Assembly: GCA_951406725.2 (NCBI GenBank)
Contig: OX597819.1
Location: 73,284,001-73,348,000 of the forward strand
DNA length: 64,000 bases
Direction: 5' to 3'
From: Octopus vulgaris
Taxonomy: Eukaryota
The notes below the pieces were generated by a model. The model saw only the letters and a list, made by a program, of their open reading frames with translations, was not told the origin of the DNA and ran no database searches. Each line of letters opens with the position of its first letter. Positions within the stretch are counted from its first letter, which is position 1. The translations under genes were made by a program, and so were the position numbers. Of this stretch, positions 37,398-51,590 are shown piece by piece.

Positions 37398-37846
37398 GTT
37401 GGGATCAATTACTATTTCTTGCAACAAAAATTGCCAATAAGTTAGCTTTTCGATTAAAAAAAAAACAAACAAAAAATCAGTCAATTCTGTGCTGGCTGAA
37501 AGCCTTCACTCACTCCTGGACAGCATTCGGTGCTAATGTAGCAGAATATAAAACAGAGAAGCTGATGGACTTCATCTGCTGTCTTAGATACCTTTAAACA
37601 CTGCCTTGATGTCATCGTCTGTTGTTGATTGATAACAACAACTGCAGCAGTATTTTCTATATCAGAAATATTTCCTCAGTTAAAAAGCAAATTTTTTTTT
37701 TTTGAAAGAAAAAAAAAGACAGACAAAATAAAGGTGAGGTGCTGAGTCAGATTGTAACAAATAAAATCAAATTTTTAGAAATTTTTTCTTTTTGTTGGTT
37801 TCATTATTTCTAATTGTGTTTGCTGTGATTGAGTCGGGCTGTTTTG

Positions 37847-38009
37847 TCAATCAATTGAAAGGATTTCGTTTAATATACATTCAGGTAAGAAGTTCTCTGG
37901 TTTGAAATCACAGTCTTCTGACATCATTCCACTGTTGTTAGCTTCAGGAATTGTATTATCCATTAACTGACATAACAGGTTGTCATTTTCATATGTTGGG
38001 AAATAGTAC
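37847..38009 (-). CDS. ZNF277: ZNF277 terminal coding exon
   Basis: ttaacag acceptor; (Q)YYFPTYENDNLLCQLMDN...NEILSID then TGA. Confidence 0.93.
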
Positions 38010-41000
38010 CTGTTAAAATGGAGAAATAGCAGATGATTTTTACAGAATAAGTTAACTTTATAAATTTGTGGACGTATACAACCCCTTAACCCTTTCATTA
38101 CCAACCTGGCTGAAACCAGCTCTAAGTACAGATGTCTTCTTTTCAGAAGTTTTGAATTAAGATCTTCCACATTTGTGATCCTAACACTAGCTTCATGATA
38201 ACTAAGTTATTTTACTAAATTCTTTGTTGTATTTAAAATTAATTGAAAGAAATACAGATCTCAAAACAAATACAGTAAGGAACAGGTTAAAACTTATTTG
38301 TTTGGCATTTCACAAATTAGCAATCTTGTGGGGTCAGTATCTGATAAATCTCTTTTTGAATAGAATTTCAATTATGACAGGATGATTTGATTGGTTTAAA
38401 TATTTACACACAAACACAACTGTATAAGATGAATGTTTCAGAAGTGTGATGCTACAAGATATTAATTCTAGAGGACAACAAGCAAAGTGAACTTGAACTA
38501 TTAAGCAGAAATGTTGAGTGGCTCTCCTCAGACTGTTAAGTACTCCTTGTTATATTATGAACTCTGTTGATCCATCCACTTTTCCTTTGTCTTCAGTTGC
38601 TCCATTCACTTACATATGGACACTTGTGGATGTAATTAGACAAACTAACAGGAGAGTCCTCCCCACACTTGAACTGCCAGAAATAGCAGCTAAATTTCCT
38701 TAGTAATGACACCCTATCATTTTAAAAGGAGGACAGTCATCATTGTCATTTAATGCCCGTTTTCCTTGCTGGCATGGGTTGGACGGTTTGACAGGAGTTG
38801 GCAAGCCAGAGGATTTCAAGCTCTACTGTCTCTTTTGGCATTGGTTTTTTTTTTTTTTACCGTCTTAGAGTCCCTAAATATACAAGAGAAGAAGAGATAA
38901 TCATGGTTGGAATACTTTTGATTACTAATTTATTTTAGGATAAAGAAAAAAAATTCATATTAGAAATAGAGAAATTCCAAGTTCGACCGTAGCTTAATCC
39001 CTAGAATTTAGAGCCAGCAGTAAAGTTATAGCATTTTTTAAACAAAAAATTGTTTACTTAGTAGTATATTCATCATTGGTGAAGGCATGTGGCCAAGTGG
39101 TTCGGGCATTCGGCTCACGCATAGGGTTGTGAGTTCAATTCCTGGTGACGTATTGTGTCCTTTTGAGCAAGACACTCTATTTCATGTAGTTCCAGTCCAC
39201 TCAGCTGGTAAAATTGAATGGTACTTGTATTTCAAAGAACCAGCCTTGTCATGCTAAATCTCTCTGATAGCTACATTAAGGGTATGCGTGTCTGTGGAGT
39301 GCTCAGCCACTTGCACATTAATTTTACGAGCAAGCTGTTCTGTTAATCATATCAGCTGGGACCCTCGACGGAGTGCTGCTATATTCATTGACATCTATTT
39401 TCTGTGCTGGCATGGGTGGACAGTTTGACCAGAGCTGATAAAGACTGGGGGCTGCATCAGGCCCTATTGTCTGTTTTGGTATAGTTTCTGTGGCTGGATA
39501 TCCTTCCTAACACCAACCACTTTATACAAAGATGGACTGGGTGCTTTCTGTGTGGTACCAGCACTGACAGGGTCACTGAGTAATTTGCAAAACAAAAGAC
39601 ATCTTCAGCTGAGGGGGTGGGATGGCTTTGTGTTAATTGACGAAAGGTTAGTGGGGTAGGTGTCCTATGTTCCAAAATGAAATACTGTTTCCATGCCAGC
39701 AATTAAATATGAAATAAGAATATGTTAACTTGAAATTGTCTTGAAACTTAGAAGCATCAACACAAACAAAAGGAAAATTTAATTTCATACACTATTTGAT
39801 GGCATTTAAAAAAAAATTTGTACAAAAATAATGGCTCCAAAATATCTCCCGATGTTCTCTGTTGCAAAGTTGGGCCAATGTTACATGCTTTAACCCTTTA
39901 GCATTCAAATTGTTCTCAAATGCAATACTTATTTATTCAATTTGTTTTCAATTAATTAAACATTAAAGATTTCGATGATGTGATTGTCTATTTTTAGAAC
40001 GACATCCCAGGATAGGTATGAAAGGCTGAAAACAGATACAATATTTGGGCTAGATAAGGCTGGTTTAAATACCAAATGGGTTAATTCAATCACAAAACAT
40101 TTTGGTCGAAATTGGGGTACATCTGGTATGTCTGTGTGTCTTTGATGCCATCAAATAGAGTAAATGAATTTAATTCTCAGAGTAAGTTGTATGAGAAATG
40201 TAAAGGTTTTTGGTGTCTTTTCTACTCACTGTGGTTGCATCCACATGTTGGACTTGGGTATTTGTTGGCTGTGTCCACTTGAATGTAGGTGTAGCATTAA
40301 CACATCTTTACTTTCAAATTGTTTATCACAACTGATGCACTTGAGCAAATGGACCTGGCAACAACAAGAAAAATTAATTCTACAGAATTATTTTGAAAAT
40401 ACCACTATGGTCCTCAACCGTTTTTTACCTATGGAACCCTTTGATACTCATTCTGGTGAAACCTCATAGTCATTTAAGGTTTAAAAAAATCCTATTATAT
40501 TTTTAGAATTCAATATTATAAGGAAATGTATATAAAAGAAAATTTTAACTTTGCATATTTTGGGAGTTATTGCACACAAATTTTTAACAGCAAAATCTTA
40601 TCTGGATCCCTATTGAGAACCTCTGATCTGTAAGCTTCCCAAAACACTAGAAATAGCAACCAAATCTTTAACCTTTTTTATCTTAATTCCCCTGAGGTTT
40701 TCCATAGTATCTATGATGCAAACTTTCTAATTCTGACACAAGGCCTGCAATTTTGTTTACAGTTTGTATCACATTTCTTTTTTAATACCTTATATTTTAT
40801 TCATTAAACAACATCTTTGTTTTAATGTCTACTTTTTTTCCCCCATGCTTACATGGATTCGATGGAATTTAATTAAAGCAGGTTTTATATGACCTTCCTG
40901 TTGCCAATCCTCACCTGTCACCAGGTAAGGGTATCAGATTTTCTAGTGGCTGGACATGTTTTCACAGAAGATTGGAAACAAAGGACACCACGTGCGTGGC

Positions 41001-44000
41001 AGTGACACTCATTTACAACCATCATATGCTGCCAAGACAAAGAGACAGTAAAACACACACAAAAAAAAATCTGGCTTCTTTCAGTTTCCGTTTACGAAAT
41101 GCACTGAAAAAGTTTTGGCCCAGAGCTAAAGTAGAAGACACCACTTGCCCAAAAGATCACACAATGGGACTGAACTCAGAACCATGAGGTTGGGAAACAA
41201 ACTTATCACAGAATCACAGCTGTGCCTCTAAGAGGCAATGTTGTTTTAACATTGTGTATACAAGGTCTGATGAAAAAGTATTTGGGAGACTGGTGTCATA
41301 AAAACAAAACTACAACCCATATCAACCTGGCATTTAATCTCCTTCGAAGTGGCCCCCTTCTGAAGCCACACACTTTATACAGCATTGTTTCCATTAATGG
41401 AAGCATTCCTGGAACACTTGCATTTGGATTTCCTTGATGTCTTGAAATTTCTTTCAAGTGGGATCTGATTTTTGGAAAGATTCTTGGCCGTAATAACCTT
41501 CAAGCCCTGTCTCTTTCAGTGCACGCACACACACACTTTCTCTGCTGTGGTCATTGATGGAATCTCTGTGGCATGGTGAGATGATCACACTCGACACACT
41601 TTGCAGAACTGCTATAAACAGCAGGAGTGAGAACATTACGACTTAGTGTGCATGCCTGACAGAGGTCAAGGTCTTTCTGTGCCAAGTGGCTTCACTCTGC
41701 ATACTTCAGCCCTGTTACCACAGCAACATTTGTCTTTTTGAACAGACCTTGTGTATGTGTATGGTGCAAAAATTGAATATAAAACAAAGATGAAGTAAAA
41801 AAAAGAAAAGATGGTGTATCAGGTTTGCGCTCAAGAAAAATAGAAGGAAAGTCCTTTCTGCTTCAAGCATATGCTCTTCAACAGAGAGAGCAGGCAAGGA
41901 GAGAAAAGAACAAACAGATCTCAATTAAATGGACATTATTCTCATAATCAGGGCTGTGGAGTTGTTGAAACAAAAAGACTCCGACTCCTCTACTATTGAC
42001 ACCTCTGACTTCAAGTCCTCTATGTAATTAAGTGATTGTGGTCTATTTTATCGACTCTGACTCCACAACCCTGCTCATAACTAAACTGAAGCTGTTGGAT
42101 CTATTATTTTGCTAAAAAGATCCTCTCTCTTGAATTATAATAAATGATTGCTTACCTGTCGTCGGATGTAGTTGATTAATTTCACTTGTTGATAAAAATC
42201 TAAATTATGTTCTTTCTTTAATAAATTCAAATCTAAACCATGGCTGTCCTACAAGAAAAGACAAATTCACTCTTTGGAATAGAAAACAAAATAATTTGAT
42301 TGAAAAGAAAAAGAAACCCACAAAACAAACGCCATGAAGGAATTCTTTTTTGTTCTTTTACTTGTTTTGGTCATTTGACTGCAGCCATGCTGGAGCACTG
42401 CCTTCAGTCGAACAAATCAACCCCAGAACTTATTCTTTGTAAGCCTAGTACTTATTCTATCAGTCTCTTTTGCTGAACCACTAAGTTACAGGGAGGTAAA
42501 AACACCGACATCAGTTGTCAAGCGATTGTAGGTGGAGTGGGGGGGACAGACACACACACATGATAGGTTTCTTCCAGTTTCTGTCCACCAAATCCACTCT
42601 CAAGGTTTTGGTTTGCCTGAGGCTACAGCAGAAGACACTTGCCCAAGGTGTGCCATTCTCAGCAGATTGGTAGGGATGACTTTTTTTTTTCCAATGGTGG
42701 ATTAATTGGGATTTAATTTGGTAATGGCTCTGAATCTACTCATTTACTGCTTTTCTACATTTTACAGTATTTAAAAAATTAAATAATAGCAACAGAAGCA
42801 GTATGAACATAAAAAAGTAATATTTATCCTCATTTAAAGGGGTGGGGTGTTGTGTTACGATCAATACTATGATAGGTTACCATGAGAGAGAGAATCCCTC
42901 ATCTTGGTCTTTGGTGCATATAAGCACTCATGTTCATAGAGCTGGCAGGAGATAATCATCTGCCATTGCCACTGCTGGAACTAGCTGGTCATGTGATTTC
43001 AGCCTTCCTTGGCCTTGTCAATGGTAGACACCTAAAGCTAGAGATAGTGGTGATAGACATGGAATCTCAGTGTCTGTTCAGGCACTGGCATTGCAAATAG
43101 CCACTGGACTTATTGATAGTTAATAGCGACAGAAGGAGGGTTAATGCCAAAAGGTAATCTTTATCTCCCTCTTTTAAAAGTGGAGATATTGTGTGTATTT
43201 ACCAGGAGAGAGAACCTCTCAGATGGACTTGGGTTGCACAAAAGCACTGTTGTTTATATCATTGACAGACGATGACCATCTGCTACAACCACTGCTATGG
43301 TTGCCAAAACCGCCGGATAATGAAGGGCAAAATCACATGATCTGGCAGTCTTAGTATTCATAGCAGATGGTTGTCATCCGTCAATGATATGAACAAGAGT
43401 GCTTATATGCACCATAAATCCATACGAGAGGTTCTCTCAGGGTAAATAGTACAGGATTTTGTGTTCTAACACAACATCCACTTTTAAGTAGAAGATAAAC
43501 ATGAAATCATCATCTTCATTTAGCATCCGTTGTCCATGCTGGCATGGGTTAGACATTTAATTCTTTCTTACATGCCAGCTTTCCAACTATCCACACCAAC
43601 TCAGTCATTCAAGGAGAATGGATTCCTCAGTTGATTCCTTCAGGTCTTTTATCAAACAACAAAACTTTTGTTTATTATCAACATTTTCCCAAGACGGCAA
43701 GGTTTGGATTGGCTCTTTGCTCCCTTTGTGTTGTTATCTTATCTTTGAAGCCCAACATTCTGAGATCTGATCCCATCACTTGTCATATTCTTCCGCCAAT
43801 GTTGTACCTCACACTTTTTTTATATTGCTCCTTGCCCCCATATCTCTCACTCCCCATATACCATGCTTGTCTCAACCCCACCCACATACACTTGCAAACC
43901 TACTCAACCATTCTACTAATTTTCCTGTCCCCCTCCACAACAGAATTAACATCCTAAAACCAGTGCCATGTAAATGGCATTGGTGCCACATAAAAAGCAC

Positions 44001-47000
44001 CCAGTACATTCTGTAAAGTGTTTGGCATTAGGAAGGGCATTCAGCTGTAGAAACCATACCAAAATAAACAATGGAACCTAGTGTGACCCTTGGACTTGCC
44101 AGCTCCATCCAAACCATGCCGGTATGGAAAATGGATATTAGACGATGATGAGGTATCACTTCTACTCCTCTTGATCGCCCCAAGTGTTGAGAAACAGTAA
44201 GAAACCTGTTCAGTTTGGCCCCTTCTCTCATATGTTAGCCCCTCAACCCATAGCATAAAACTGCCCCCCCTCCTTCTCTGCTGTAGCACCACTCAGCTGA
44301 GAGGGATCTTAGCCTAATAAGCTATATGGCAATCACACTAGTGCTGGGGCCTCAAAGAAAATAAAAAGCACCCAGTACACCGTGAAAACTGGTTGGCATT
44401 AATTCTTGCACCTTTTTAATCACACAGTCGCATCATCATCATCATCACTGAATGTTCGTCTTGCATGGGTTAGACAGTTTGATAAGAACTGGTAAAGCCA
44501 GAGAACTACACCATGCTCTTCTGACAGCTTTGGCATGGTTCCTATATTTGGAAATTCTTTACAGAGTGTGCAGGGTGATGATGATGATGAACATTTCAGA
44601 AAAAAAAACCAAAAGGAAGAAAGAAAAGTAAAGGAGTTATTCTTAGTTATATTGCAGTAAATATATGAGAGAGAGTGAAGAATACAGATGGGTTATGGTG
44701 TGATGAAGGACTCAATACCTTTCGGCTGACAGTACGACATTCTATTGACTGAACACAAGAACCACACACAAAAAAAGAAAAGGTGAAGAAATGGTGTTAA
44801 TAAATAAAAAGAGAGCACTTACCTTCATATGTTGAAGTAAAATATCTGCATCAGCTGAAGAGAAATCACAGAATAAACAGACTGCAGTGGAACCACTCTC
44901 ATCATGCCAGCCATCCCAGTTTCTAGAATAATGATTACTTTATTTTAATTCATTTATTAATTCCTAATAGAAAATAAGGCTAAAATTCATGTTAATGATT
45001 TTTATCAGGTAGTCAACATGCTATGAAAATTTATAGGCAATTTACACATTAAATTAATAATAATATAGATATGTATATAATTACATTAAGGGAGCAAGGA
45101 CGAAAATGACCTATCTCCAGCATGCTTGAATTGCCGATACCTTCAAAAAATTACCATAAAGCTGATAAGTCTACCTGTGTTGTTGAAGGTGCCTCACATT
45201 GCTGATTACATTCACTCCCATCCCTACTACCTGTTCATATCTGTGGAATTCCAGAATCTCATGTGAGGCATTCTTAGCTTACAGTAGTGGGGATTTGAGG
45301 GCCCACATCCTATGCAGAGCTGTTATTTGTTTGATATTTGAGTTCAGGTGTGGCTGTGTGGTAAGAAGCTTGTTCTTGCCGACCACATGGTTCCTTGGGG
45401 AAGTGTCTTCTACTTTAGCTATCTGGGCTGACCGAAGCCTTGTGAGTGGATTTGGTAAACAGAAATGGAAAGAACATTTGCAGTGTGTGTGTATGACACC
45501 ATCTCCTTTCTTTGACATGTACTAAGTGGCACCATGATGCAAGTAGTGTCCTTTGTTTCCAATCTTCCATTACTCAGAAATAAGTGAGGGTTGGCACCAG
45601 GAAGGGCATACCGCCTTAGAAAATCTGCTTCAACAAATTCCATCCGACCCATAGGAAAGTGGACATTAAAACGATGATGATGACTGCTGTTTTTAAATAA
45701 GTGATTTCATTTCATTACTGGGTCACTGGGCCACACTTTATCTGGGAAATCCTGATGTATTTCATAAAAGTGGTTTATGAGATGTTTGTTGTCCTTGTGA
45801 AAGATAGATTTTAATTTTCTTCAAAATAGAGGCTACTCCCTTCTAACAGGATGTGGACTCTCCTTAAAAAAATGAGTTTTCCTCTTAGCAAAGAGTTTCT
45901 TCTCTTCACAGGAATTCTATTCCAACCAGCACATTTTTATTGCATTTTTTTAAGAAAAAAGCATATTTATTGTAGGGTCTTTCTCTGCCTTTTTTTTTTC
46001 GTTGAAGAAGTTTCTTATCATTTTCAGCCTGGTCTCATGAGGTTTCCATTCTTATAAGAAGAATCATATTTTTATGAGGAGAAACTTCCTGGTCATTTAC
46101 TTCTCATTGCTATTGTTTTTGTGGCCGTCAGTGGCTTGCCTTTGGTGATTGTGGTTGGGAGAGAGGGTTATTGGCCTTAAGGTTCATCCCTTGTTTGACC
46201 AGGGCTAGTAAGCTGAGGGGCTGCACCAGATTCCAGTCTGATTTGGCATGGTTTCTATGACTGGATGCCCTTCCTAACACCAAGGTGAAATTAACTTGTG
46301 CTGGATTTGAACAAAGAACATAAAGCAATATAATTCATCACTATCATTGTATTTTCCCATACACTTTTCCATGCTTGAATGGCTCAGACAGGATTCACTG
46401 AGGCAGATTTTTTATGGCTGGATGCTCTTCCTGTCACCAACCTTCATCTGTTTCCAAGCAAGCCGATATCTCCCCCATGGCCAGAAGATTGGAAATGAAG
46501 GACGCTGCTTGTATGACAGTGACAGTTGCTTACAGCTATCATGTGATATCAAGACAAAGAGACACAAATACACACACGTGATGGGCTTCTTTCAGTTTCC
46601 ATCTACCAAATCCACTCCCAAGGCTTTGGTCAGCCTGCAGCTACAGTACACTTGTGAAAGGTGCCATGCAATGGCACTGAGCTTGAAACCATGTACTAAT
46701 ATCTGAAAAATACTAGTGAAATTATTTGGAGAAAAGTGGGTTTCAGAGTGGTGCGTGTGTCCATGTGTGGTTATTGCTTCAGCTCTGTTGCAAATGTCAA
46801 GTACTTTTCCATAGAACATTATCACACCGGTCATCTCATTTCCTGCAATTGGTATCAAACAGAGATTTTTGTGGGAAAAACCGGTTTCATTTGGTCATCC
46901 ATTGCTAAGTGACTCTCAAGATGCAAAGTGAGCCACATCTTACTCATTGCTGTACAAAAGTGAAAACAATAAACGAATATTGGTTTGTTTTCTCACGCAT

Positions 47001-50000
47001 CCAGAGACACACACACACAAACACACACAATCACCACCATCATCATCATCTTCGTTTTACATCCATTTTCTCCCTACACACGGGACTGAGACTAGTTTTA
47101 TGATCCTTCATCATCTTACACACACACCAAACAGAAACTGGCCATCTTTGTTGTTCTGGAGGTCAAGTTTTTACAGCATGGACTGAATGAGGGGTGGACT
47201 GTATTCTACCAGCACCAGACAAGTTGTCTGTGGTAGCAGGACTAAAGGCTCTCCTCCCATGCCCTCACCGTGTACCCACTAATGTGTTCCCCAATTATGC
47301 TAATGAGCTACACAACAGAGAGTGGGAGGGGACCCTAATTCACACACACACTAAGATATACTTTTATCTTCCTTTTTCAGTCATTGGACTGTGGCCATGC
47401 TGGGGCACCACCTTCAATTTTTATTTGAATGAATCAACCTCAGATCTATGTGGCTGGGAAGCAGACTTCTTACCACACAGCCACACTTGCACCTATGACG
47501 TATATTCATGTATACAAACATGACATACATAAACATACATACATATATATACTATACAACAACAGCTACCACCATCACCAGCACTACTATCACTACCACA
47601 TTACCACCACTACCACTCCTAATATTATTAGAACAACAGCCGCTCACCACCGCCACCACCACCGCCACCTTCACTTAACTCTCATACTACTATTAAAACC
47701 ACTCCAGCGTTTGCCACTGCTGCCGCCACCACCACCACCACACCACCACAGCCGGGTCAGTCCGGCCAGGGAACACAATTCTCTATCCTGGACAAACACT
47801 TGAACCAAATTAGTCAAGTCTTCTGAGAAGATTGTGTTTAGTTATTCATTTATTTATTCGTAGAGGAAATACAGAAACCAAAGATCAAATGATTTGATTG
47901 GTGGTGGTGGTGAGGCCTAGAAACAAAAATGAACAACACAAAAACTACTTAATGTCACGACTAATATCACATGGGATACGTATAAATATCTGGACATTTC
48001 ACTGGTGGTTCCTGGATTTTCTCCGCAAGCGTAGGCATGGCTGTGTGGTATGAAGTTGGCTTCCTAATAACATGGTTCCAAGTTCAGTCCCACTGTGTAG
48101 CGCCTCAGGCAAGTCTCTTCTGCTAGAGCCTTGAGTTGATCAAAGTAATCCCTCTGAGTGGATTTGGCAGATGGAAACTGAAAGAAGCTCATTGCGCATG
48201 TGTGTGTGTGTCCTCCACCACCACTTGACAACTGGTGGTGTTGTGGTTACATTCTCATTACTTAGCAGATCAGCAAAAGAGACCGATGGAATAAGTACCA
48301 GGCTTTAAAAAATTAGGTACGGGGGTTGATTCGTTTGACTAAAAATTTGCGAATGCATTGCCCCAGCATGGCCACAGTCTAATGACTGAAAAAGATAAAT
48401 TGAAAACCCAAACAGTTTTTTTTTTCAGTTCTATATTTAAGAGATGAGAAATTATGTACATTATTTACATTTGACAGATATTTGTCTTCATCTTGTTTGT
48501 TGTTAACACAACATTTTGGCTGATATACCCTCCAGCCTTTATCAGGTCTCTTGGGGAAATTTGGAACCTGAGTTCTCATTCCTAAGGTATTTTTCGATGT
48601 TATTTATTATTATTATTATTATTATTATCATTATGATTATTATTCAGGTCAATACCTGGAATCAAACTCTGAATCTTGGGGTTAGTAGCCTGTGCTCTTA
48701 ACCACTATGCCATATGCTCTGATGAAGGCTGGCGGGTATATCAGGCAAAAGATTGTGTTAACAACAAACAAGACGAGGACAAATATTCATCAAATGTAAA
48801 TAATGTAAATAAAGTTTTTTTTTCACCCAGTTACTATTTTCTTTTTTATTTCTCTTTCCCCTTGTCTAAAACTAACTTCATCCAGGAATTCTCCCTTGTT
48901 GTCCAAGTAAGTTTTTGTTGGTTTGTTTTTCTTTTTTGCTTTTATAGGCATCAAATGAAATCGTGAACAAGGAGTGGCTGTGTGGTAAGAAGCTCGCTTC
49001 TCAACCGCATGGTTCCGGGTTCAGTCCCACTATGTGGCACCTTGGGCAAGTGTCTTCCACTATAGCCTCGGGCCGACCAAAGCCTTGTGAGTGGATTTGA
49101 TAGACGGAAACTGAAAGAAGCCTGTTGTCTGTGTGCGTGTATATATGTATGTATGTATGTATGTGTTTGTTGTTTGTGTCTGTTCCCCCACCATTGCTTG
49201 ACAATTGATGATGGTGTGTTTATGTACCCATCACTTAGCGGTTCGGCAAAAAGAGACTGATAGAATAAGTACTAGGCTTAAAAAAAATAAGTCCTGGGGG
49301 TCGATTTATTCAACTAAAGGTGGTGCTCCAGCATGGCCACAGCCAAATAACTGAAACAAGTAAAAGAGTAAAAGAGGATGTGAAAAGAATACATCTTTTA
49401 TTTTCTGCTTGCTATGGTCATTGGAGTGGTGCCATGCTAGAGCATCTGGTTTTGTCCTTCCTAAACTAACAAAAAGAAATAACAATGAAGAGTGAAAAGC
49501 TCCTTTTGAGTGTAGGGCCTCACGGAGGCAATGACCAAGACCTTTGGCATTATGTCCTGCTTGAGAAGACCCATCTAGCCAAGCAAAATTGCAGTCGTGG
49601 CTGATACCAGTGTCACACAAATGGCACATAAAAACACCAATTACACTCTCAGAGTGGTTGGCATCAAGAAGGGCACCCAGTTATAGAAACCATACCAAAT
49701 GAGACTGGGGTCTGGTGCAGCCTTCCAGCCTTGGTCAAACCGTCCAACCCATACCAGTATGGGCAACGGACACTAAATGATGATGATGAATGATGTTTAG
49801 ATTTGTAACCATTGACAACAGAAAGAAGAAAAGCAAGATAAAAGGAATGTAGTTCATTTATTCATTCTTTTTACATCTCTTTTTTTTATACTAGCATGGG
49901 TTAGATGAAAATATAGTATTGAGGAATTGCTTTGCAGCCAGATGCTCTTGCTGTTGTTAACCGTGACAAGTTTCCCAAGCAAAGAATCTCTCATTGCACC

Positions 50001-51553
50001 TGTCTTTGAAGTCATGAAGTGAGTGGACAATTTGTTGGTAGAGAATGGACAACAAGAACACTGCTGGTAGCTAGCAACTTTCATGGAGCTAAAATCATCA
50101 TCATCATCCTCATCATCGTTTAATGTCCATTTTCCATGCTAGCATGGGTTGGACGGTTTGACCAGGGTCTGGGAAGCTAATGTCATCCATTTCTGCAATA
50201 AATGCATAAAAATTCTAAAACAGTTACTTACTCTTCACAGTCAAAGTCTGTAGAGAATTCCTCGCTGGATTCAAAATTTTCCCAGTTCTTACCAATTTCC
50301 TATACAAAGATATAAAAAAGTTCGTTTCATTAAAGAGCAAAGAATACAACAAATTGGAACGTTGCTGGTGTCATGTAAAATGCATTCAGTGGACACTGTA
50401 AAGTGGTTGGCATTAAGAAAGGCATCTCAGCTGTAGAAAGCAGGCCACAACGGACAGTGGAACCTGGTGCAGCTCTCCGGCTTGCCAGCTCCTAAGAGTC
50501 CAACCCATACCAGCATGGAAAATGGATGTTAAATGATGATGTTGAGAACATAGTTTAAGCAGGATTTATAAGGATTCCTCATAGTTACTGTTTGCACTGT
50601 TAGGAACATAACTATCTTCATCATCATCTTTTTAATACCTTCTTTCCCATGCTTGCAAGGGTCAGATGGAATTTGTTGAGGTGGATACCCTTCCCGTCAC
50701 CAACCCTCACCTGTTTCCCAGCGAGTCAATATGGCCTCATGGCCGGACATGTTTTCCTGAACGATTGTAAACAAAGACATCAATTGGATGCTGGTGACAC
50801 TTATTTGCAATGACCACATGAAGTCAAGACAAGGGGCTTCTTTCAAATCCTCTCACAAGGTTTGGTTAGCCTGAAGGCTATAGTAGAAGACACTTGACCA
50901 AGGTGTCATGCAGTGGGACTAAACCCAGAACCGCTTGCACTTATATTCTATTAACAAAAAATATGGTGGCTTTCCAGTGATGTAATTCTTGGAGGAGGTG
51001 TAACAACTGAAAGTAGTTTAATGACTGACAGGAAGAACTTACTCTGGCGAACAGAGGTGAGCCCTGTACAGGAAGTGGATTTCAACTGATATGATGCTAC
51101 ATGGTCAGGCAATGTTGTCAAAGACACTATGAATAACTAAAAGTGAAGCCTATCATGAAACACAAAATCACTGCCTTATTCTTTTTACTTGGTTTAATCA
51201 GTGGACTGTGGCCATGCTGGAGCAGCACCTTGAAGGGTTTACAATAACAAATTGACTGTGGTGCTGCTTTGAAGTTCCGTACTTTTGCTACCAGCCACAT
51301 TTTACCAAACTGTTACGTTATGGGGATGTAGACAAACCAGCATTGATTGTCAAACAATTAGGGTGACACAGATACACACACATATATATGTATAGGTACA
51401 GACATAGCTATGAGATTGAGAAGCTTGTTTTTCAACTACAGAGTTCCTAATTCAGTTCCACTTCATGCCACCTCAGGCAAGTGTTTTTTTACTATAGCCC
51501 CAGGCCAACCAAAGCCATGTGAGTGGATTTGGTAGGCGAAAACTGAAAGAAGC

Positions 51554-51590
<37 letters not shown>

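Noticed and set aside
47570-47752. His/Pro/Thr-rich ORF (47429-47803)
   Set aside because: It is a (CAC/CCA)n low-complexity tract antisense to a ZNF277 intron, with no splice or domain support.
48645-48713. tRNA gene
   Set aside because: A/B-box-like motifs are present, but there is no convincing acceptor stem or cloverleaf and it is embedded in a repeat. Treated as a SINE head, as are the other tRNA-like heads.
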